Source: the human T2T-CHM13v2.0 reference genome, Homo sapiens
Assembly: GCF_009914755.1 (NCBI RefSeq)
Contig: NC_060937.1
Strand: one strand, 5' to 3'
Length of the DNA: 64,000 bases
Below the pieces are notes generated by a model that did not search any database, was not told the DNA's origin, and saw nothing but the letters and a program-made list of their open reading frames with translations. This document shows positions 56,154 through 64,000 of this stretch, one piece after another. The position numbers and the translations under genes are program-made. Each line of letters begins with the position of its first letter. Positions within the stretch are counted from its first letter, which is position 1.

Positions 56154-59100
56154 TTACTGAGTTATTTTTTTCTTTAAAAAAAAAAAAGCCTTAAGTTTTT
56201 ATTTGAATTCACATGTATTCAAATAGATATAATTGAAAATTTAGCATGTAATAGAAATTATTAAGATTTTTGTTTTAATGCATAGCAGACTTTACCACTT
56301 CAGATTTTGTCTGTCTTTAGAATCAATTTTTTTTTTGAAAAATTTCTTGAAGATCTTAACAATGACAAGAGTTGTCTCTGGCAGCAAAACAGACTTCATT
56401 GTGGCTTATAAAGGGACAGCCTATAGCAGTCAAAGCTTAATTAGGTTTCTTGTTCTTTTCAGTATTTAGTTGCCTGGATTAGATTATTGATAATGTGAAA
56501 CTTGTGGGAATTCTGACAAGTGAATTCTTAGTTTTCCAGAATAGCTAACCAACTATTTCTTACCATTCACTGAACTGCTGTCCAATGTAAACTGCTTCAG
56601 ATTTGAACCTTAAGGTAAATGTCATTATATTCTATTTCCAATTTCCTTAGTTGTCCTCCACACAGACAGGAGTTGTTCATTTATTAAAGATTTATTTTGA
56701 AACATAGGTTGCTGCTTTTTTCTCAGTTTACATCATGGGAGAGACAAAAGACTTAAATGGAGTTTAGAAATTCATTACATCCATAGTAATTGCCTTTTAT
56801 TGAGAACAGAAATTGAGGCTTGGCTATTATTATCCCATTTACTGTGATGTAGAAATTTTCTGTTAGTAAGGGCTGATGACTGGAAATTTTATGTGTCCAT
56901 TTCTTTATGTTTGAAAAGTTTACTTTTTTTGCTTCTTTTGTTTTAGTCTATTTAATGTCCTCTTTTGTTCCTCCTCTTCCACAGACATTAATTGCAAACC
57001 TTCTATATAATAGGCAGAGTATTAGTTACTAGGATTACAGAAAACTTCCTTAGAGTTTTCCTTATGATGTGGGAGACAAGTAATGGCTGCCCACAGCACA
57101 TGTGATACATTTTCTGACAGATAAGAATCAGGTGTTGTGAAAAAATAGGATAAACTCTAGGTTATTGCTGGAGCTTAGTCTTCCCACAAAGGTTGATGCT
57201 AAGCTCAAGACATGGAAGGATGCAGAGGAGAATACAAAATAGTCTTTTCTACTCTCTATAGCTTTAACAATGGTTCTACATAGTCATGGGGTTTATTTTG
57301 AGGGAAGATGCTATTTTTCCTGTTTCCAATGCTATGGCTTACTCTATTTTAATTGCTAACAATAAATGCAGGAGATTTTTAAATTCAAAATACGAAAGTA
57401 ATAATTTCGTTTAAGGGGAAATTGTCCAATTGAAAAATTGTAAATAAAGTGCTGGTCGAATATGTGCATTCTTATACTGCACTTAGACTTGCTTCTGTTT
57501 ATACTTGCATATGGTGTTTATATTTAAAGGAAATTTATAAATATATACATATATATACACTATGTATATAACATTAATAATATACTCTGTATATTTATTC
57601 TTCCATGGAACTACTCTCTGAATATCCTAAAATACTCTGCATATTTCAGAGTCAGATGATCTTTACCTTTTTAGATCTTTGCAGTTGCACTCACAGAAAA
57701 CACTGCTTCTTTGGAACTCATCATCTGGATACCCCAACTTACAGTATTCTTCATTTGCAGACCACTGGGACATTCCTCTTTGTTTAATGAAAGCCTTGCT
57801 CTAGATTTAGTCTTCCTTTCCACTTCAGCTGCTACCTAGGTTACTTATGTGATTAATTCATCTATAGCCTTGGCCTTGAATTTTATTGATCTCATCTCTA
57901 GTGATTGCCTTTTCTCCATTTTAACACTCAGTCTTAGAGCCCACATTTGGTTCCTTGCCATCCAGAACTGATTTACTTCTGAAGTTACCAATTCACTTTC
58001 ATCCACTAAACATCTTATTTCCTATATTTTTTATGTTTTACCATTGTCTGCTTTCAACTTGTCTTTAACAGAATTTCCAATCCATATAATTTGTTTCTTT
58101 ATCAATCCTTTCCTAAATTTATTTTCTTCCCTTGCCACCATGTTATCAGTCTTAAACTTTTTTTTTTTTTTTTTTTTTTTTGCCAGTATCATCTAATTCC
58201 TCTCCCAGCTTTCTTTTTATCAAACCAGACTGAAAAACTCTCAACTCTTTATTTTTCTAGCTGAGCACTACTGGCAAAAATCACACAAGCAGTAACAAGC
58301 ACTGTCAGTTTATTGTTATCAGCCTCAAATGGACCCACACAATTGGTCGTAATTCTATTATTTCTAGTTCTCTCATTTTTCGCAGAGATTACTTAAGGCA
58401 ACCAGCCACTCTTCTTACATCTCCAGTTTTCCACGTTTCTTGTCGCATTCAGCAGATGACTTGGTATTTCATTTCACAGAGAAAATGGAAATCTTCAGAT
58501 GAGAACTCCCACAGTGTCCTTCCAACAAATCTACTCACATCTGCACTCATTCTGGTTTGTTTGTTCTTAGTGTTTATAATGGAAAGAGTCTCGCCCTCAA
58601 GGGATGGGAAAATCATATGCCTCTAGAAACCAGGTGGATAATATAAATTTGTGAAGCCGTAGGGTAAGATTAGGCTGTGGCCTGTAGCAAATTGATAAGA
58701 GCTATCTAAATTATTCAAGTTGTTAATACTCTGTATCAGCTGGAAAAAAGCCTGCCTTGATGAACATGGCCTCTGATCTAAGACTAATCTGCACATCTAA
58801 GCTGTGGATCCCATCTCCTAAAGCCCTTTTCAGGAGTATGCTTCATTCCCCTGAGTATGCCCCCTTTTCTCCAACAGTAATTCATCTTTTGCTGTTGTTT
58901 CTCACCAATATTTGAATATTGTCAAGCTTGTTTCATTTTTTAAAACCTTCATTGGCCCTGTTTTCTTCTCTAGCTACTATACTTTCTCCACTTTTACTAT
59001 TAAACTGTAGAAAGAGTTGCCGACTGATTTGGATTTGACAAACTTAGATTGGAGTCCTCACTCTACTACTTACGAGCTCTGAGACTTTCCAAGCCTCAGT

Positions 59101-61329
59101 TTTTTTCATCTGTGAAACTGGGGATAATTTTTAGATCCCATCATAAGTGTTAAGTCGACAATGTATATAAAATAGCCAAAAAAGAGGACATACTGAGTAT
59201 TTAGATATATTTGTTTTAGTCCCTAACACTCTACCTTCTGCCCCTACCGCTAAATACTTTAAAGGCTTTTTGTTGGTTCTCGGTAATATTTCTTAGTACC
59301 AATCAGTAGTGTTTCTCAATATTATTGACTGCTTCAAAGCACTGTCTTCCACTGTTTTTCCTGACACACACCCCTGGTTTACCCATTGTTTCTGCGAATA
59401 CTCCTTTGGGTTTTTTGGGATCCCTGTTTTTTGCCCATCCTTTAATGTTTATATTCCTTGTATTTATGTTCCTCCAAATTCTGTCATGGCGTTTGCACAG
59501 TTATTAAGCTGTTAATTTGGCTATGATCTCTTTGGAAGCCAAAGCAAAGAGGAAGCATTATAACAATATTAATTTATAGTTAATCAGCATTTACTACGTT
59601 AGACATTTTTATAAGCACTTTACATGTATTACTTGATATATGCTTCACAAGAACTCTGAGGTAGGACACCAGAATAGAGAGGTAAACTAACGTGCACAGA
59701 GTCTTACTGCAGGAATTCAGTTTTAGACAGTTGAATTCTGGAGCTTGCCTTCCTAGCCATAACACTATACTCTCTTCCAAAACAGTGACATGATTAATGA
59801 TGTTTAGAAGGATAAAGCATTCTTCAGAAGAACTAAAGATTCTTGTAGGACTTAGGTCCGAAATGATATATGTGATGATCTTTCGGGAGGTGATAGCGTA
59901 TCCTCAGCTGTAATCCCATAATAAGTACCATAGTAACATTCCATTCTCATGGAAAACTTCAGCGTAGAACAAGAACATAATACCATACCAAAGCAAAACA
60001 CACTGAATGTAGTTTTTCCATAATTACTTCTCTCAAATAGCCCTTTGATAGAAATTTGGGGACTAAAATAATCAAAGTTACATTTAGTAGTTTAAAAAGG
60101 ACAAAATCGTCTTACTCATCTTTGTATCTGTAGTGCCTAATCCGTGACCAGTCACACAGAAATGATCCAGTCAGTATGTGTGGAGTGAATATGACCTCAT
60201 TTAGCTGGCCAGCTACTTAAGCAGTAATGACTTAACACAGGATGCATTTAACATGCCAGCTTCTGAAGGTGGAGTTGATGATTGGTTGCAAGATTTGATG
60301 AGTTCAAAGAAGGAAAATAAGTAGGAATTTAGTCCCGTCTGCTTCCCCTCCCAGCTTCCCATATTTAATCATTTCTTTTTTAGCTTTTATTTAATTCTTA
60401 TTATATACCTGGCAGTGTTTAAAGTGGTGGAGGTCCAGCGTTGAGCAAGACAAAATCCCCACCCTTAAGATGTTTACACTCTGGTGAGATAAAGAGAAAA
60501 CTAATGTGATGGTAATGATACAGTGAGATCAGTGCTCTGAAGGAGACAAGCATTTAGATTATATGCAGGTATTCAGGCAGTGGGAACAGGTTAGAAGCAG
60601 CATTAGTGGGTTCAGACAATTTCAGATCTCCATTAGGGTTGGAGGGTGAAGTGTGAATATTAGGAATGGTGAGAAATGGGGCTTGTAGGAAGCAGCACCA
60701 GATTGTAAAGAACCTTGTGACCAACTTTAAGGTTTTTACTTCCATTGCTCTTCCCATATCAGCAATGCCTTTCTTAACATGCTACTGACATGGGGAGAGT
60801 AGAGGGAAGAACAATGTAAAGATGTGTTTCGAGGGTCACACGATTCCTTTTTTTCTGAGTAACACAATTGGAACTGCATGTTTAATCTCTTCATTAATTA
60901 TTTTTCATTGTAGATACTGATATCCATATGACTTTTCATCTCTAAACTGTAAAATCCTCAAGAACAGGAAGTGTGTTTTATTCACTTCTGTATCTTTAGC
61001 ATCTGATAGTAACTCAGTAAATGTTTTTAAAAAGTCATTTAACATTTGTAGTCATTTTATGTTTTAGCCTAGTAACTAAAACATAGTTGTTGTGTTATTT
61101 ATTTGAAAAACAGTTTAAGTTTTAAACAACTGAGTTTACAGACCACTCTGTGAACTTAAGATTACTTGCCTTTGAATAGGGAAAAATTACTAAATTTAAA
61201 AATTGAGGAATTTTTTTTACTGTTTAATTACAAGGACAATCACAGCTTAACAGAAGACTTCAATACAGAATTTGGGCAACTATGTTAAGTGTTTAGTCTG
61301 AAATGTGTTATTATTCCTTTGGTTTATAG

Positions 61330-61464
<135 letters not shown>

Positions 61465-62432
61465 TAAGTAGTTAAAATGGCTGCAGTAGTAGTTCTCTAT
61501 TTTTAGGGTGCATCAAAGTCACCTGAGTTTTTACCAACAATCAGTTGTTAATTTTACTTTTACCTTATTCTTCTTTGCACAAATGCATGCAGTTTTGGCA
61601 GTTTGTTGGGTTTATATTGTATTTTTATATTGGTTGTTTTTGTTTTATTTAGATGTCACTGCTGTCTTAAAATGTAAACAGAGATAGAAACCCAGTAAAA
61701 TCACACGTGTGTAAATATTTTTTCAGTGTTATTTGATGATTATTTTTATGTAGTGGAATCAATTTAAATACTTAACAGTTTTCCCTGAAGTTTTTTTCAG
61801 CTGTTTCTTCCTGACAAAAGACACACACTCTTTCAAAAAAAAAATGACACTTTCTGAAAATATGTTTCCTAATATTTGCTACTTATAGCAAATACCTTTT
61901 TTTAACTGGAATATTCTTTTCTGTTGTTTGTTCAGTAATTTAATGAGCTGCTACTTAGCTGTATGTCCCTCAGTACATCTCTTTTCATTCTGAGCCTAAG
62001 TTTCATCATTTATGAGATGTTGCTAATACGGATAACTGCACTATATAAACTAAGATCAAATAAATATGAAAGCCTTTAAATATATATGTACTGCATATGT
62101 AATATAAATGGAATGACCTTATCTTAATTGTTCACTCCACTTGAAATAATTCTTAAAATGTAGTAGTCAGTGAATATTTGTTAAATGAATGAATGATTTA
62201 AATTGTGTAATTTAAATTACAAATTGCATAATACCGTATGTGAATTTGCAAAGATTTGTGGATAGAAGATTGTCATTTCTACTCCCATTATGACTGACAC
62301 ATGGTATTTCTTATGTATATGGCATTATGCCAAAATATGATAATTATTGGAGCTTTAAATCCATGAGAGCTGTGCTCAGTGGGCTCTGGAATAAAGCTGG
62401 AGTTCAAAAGAAGCATTTAAAAATGAAGTAGA

Positions 62433-62662
<230 letters not shown>

Positions 62663-63498
62663 CTATCAGTCTATAGCAATGACAGATACAATATAAAAAG
62701 AGAAAACTAAAAAGCACAGTCATCAGAATAATCCATCGGGGCCACGGATGATCATTGAAACAAGATGAGTCATGAGTTGATAATTACTGAATTTGGATGA
62801 TGGGAGCATGGGTGTTCATTATATCACCTCTATTTTTACATATGTTTTCATTTACTATAATAAAAACCTAGGAAAGAAAAATATAACCTTGATCAAAAAG
62901 CATGATAAGCATCTTTATGGTAGAAATGGAATAGTAAAACAAGAAAGGACTCAAACTATGACCCTTTTTAGTTCACTCAGCAGAATGAATGAGTTTAAAA
63001 ACATCGGTCATAAAATATAAGATAAACTGGGGAAGAAAAAAAAGCCCTTTTATGCCCCGGGTAAATTCTCACAAATGTACAAAAGGAAACAGGTGTATGG
63101 ATGTTAATTGTGTCATTATTAAAAGAAATTCAAATGCTTTTCAGTAGCAGAATGGAAAATAAATTGAGATTTACTCTGCAATATAATTTTATGTAGCAGT
63201 TAAAATCATTAAATTAGATCTGAATGTATCACTTTTTTTTACTAAAAGTTCCTTATTTTCTGGCATAACATAATGTTCCTAGTTTTGGTTTTCGTTTGTT
63301 GGTTTTGTAATTTCATTGCCTCAGCTCTTTCTCTAAGAAGTCTTGATCTCTTAGTGGGGAATGCTATTTAGAAATTTAGGATTTGGGTGCTGTGGTCATG
63401 GCTACATTGGTCATTATTTCTAGGCCCTTTGAGTAGGCAGAGAAAGTAGAGGGAGAATGAGGAGGAGGCTTAACACACTATGGATGAGATCATACTGA

Positions 63499-63798
<300 letters not shown>

Positions 63799-64000
63799 CA
63801 CGTTGATACTTCTAATTCCAATTCAACACTGCAACAGCCACTTGGATGAGGTGCCAACTGGCTAAATATAGCAAACTTGAATATCACAATAAATATTGGC
63901 AATAATGAATTACAGTCCATTGAATAGAATAAGAGTTTATAAGTGCAGGCTAATAATAAATACAGAAAGAGGATCTTAAAATTTTTTTAATACATCATCT

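Noticed and set aside
59858-60006. GTGATGA box-C-like motif in a CCGAAA/TTTCGG hairpin with a distant CTGA (snoRNA-like)
   Set aside because: No terminal stem joining the C and D boxes, no recognisable guide, and far from an acceptor.

Overview
Human (primate) genomic DNA from the DIS3/PIBF1 head-to-head locus (chr13q, recognised from the protein sequences). Minus strand: DIS3 (RRP44, catalytic subunit of the RNA exosome), coding exons 1-20 from the ATG at 21315 down to position 26, plus the alternative exon 2beta; the last exon lies beyond the left edge. Exon lengths sum to an open frame of 2793 nt, with GT-AG junctions except one GC-AG intron. Plus strand: PIBF1 (CEP90) non-coding exon 1 and coding exons 2-6; the gene continues past the right edge. 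The two genes share a CpG-island bidirectional promoter at about 20.8-22.0 kb. The rest is intron rich in Alu, L1, L2, CR1, MIR, LTR and DNA-transposon remnants; repeat family names were assigned by eye. I see no new gene. The best candidate for something undescribed is in DIS3 intron 9: a cryptic PTC-introducing exon with a strong donor, whose two possible acceptors are each masked by a perfect 10-bp long-range stem in crossed topology. Next are a 12-bp direct repeat that duplicates the donor of DIS3 exon 2beta and a strong-Kozak uORF in the PIBF1 leader. All three are hypotheses from sequence alone.
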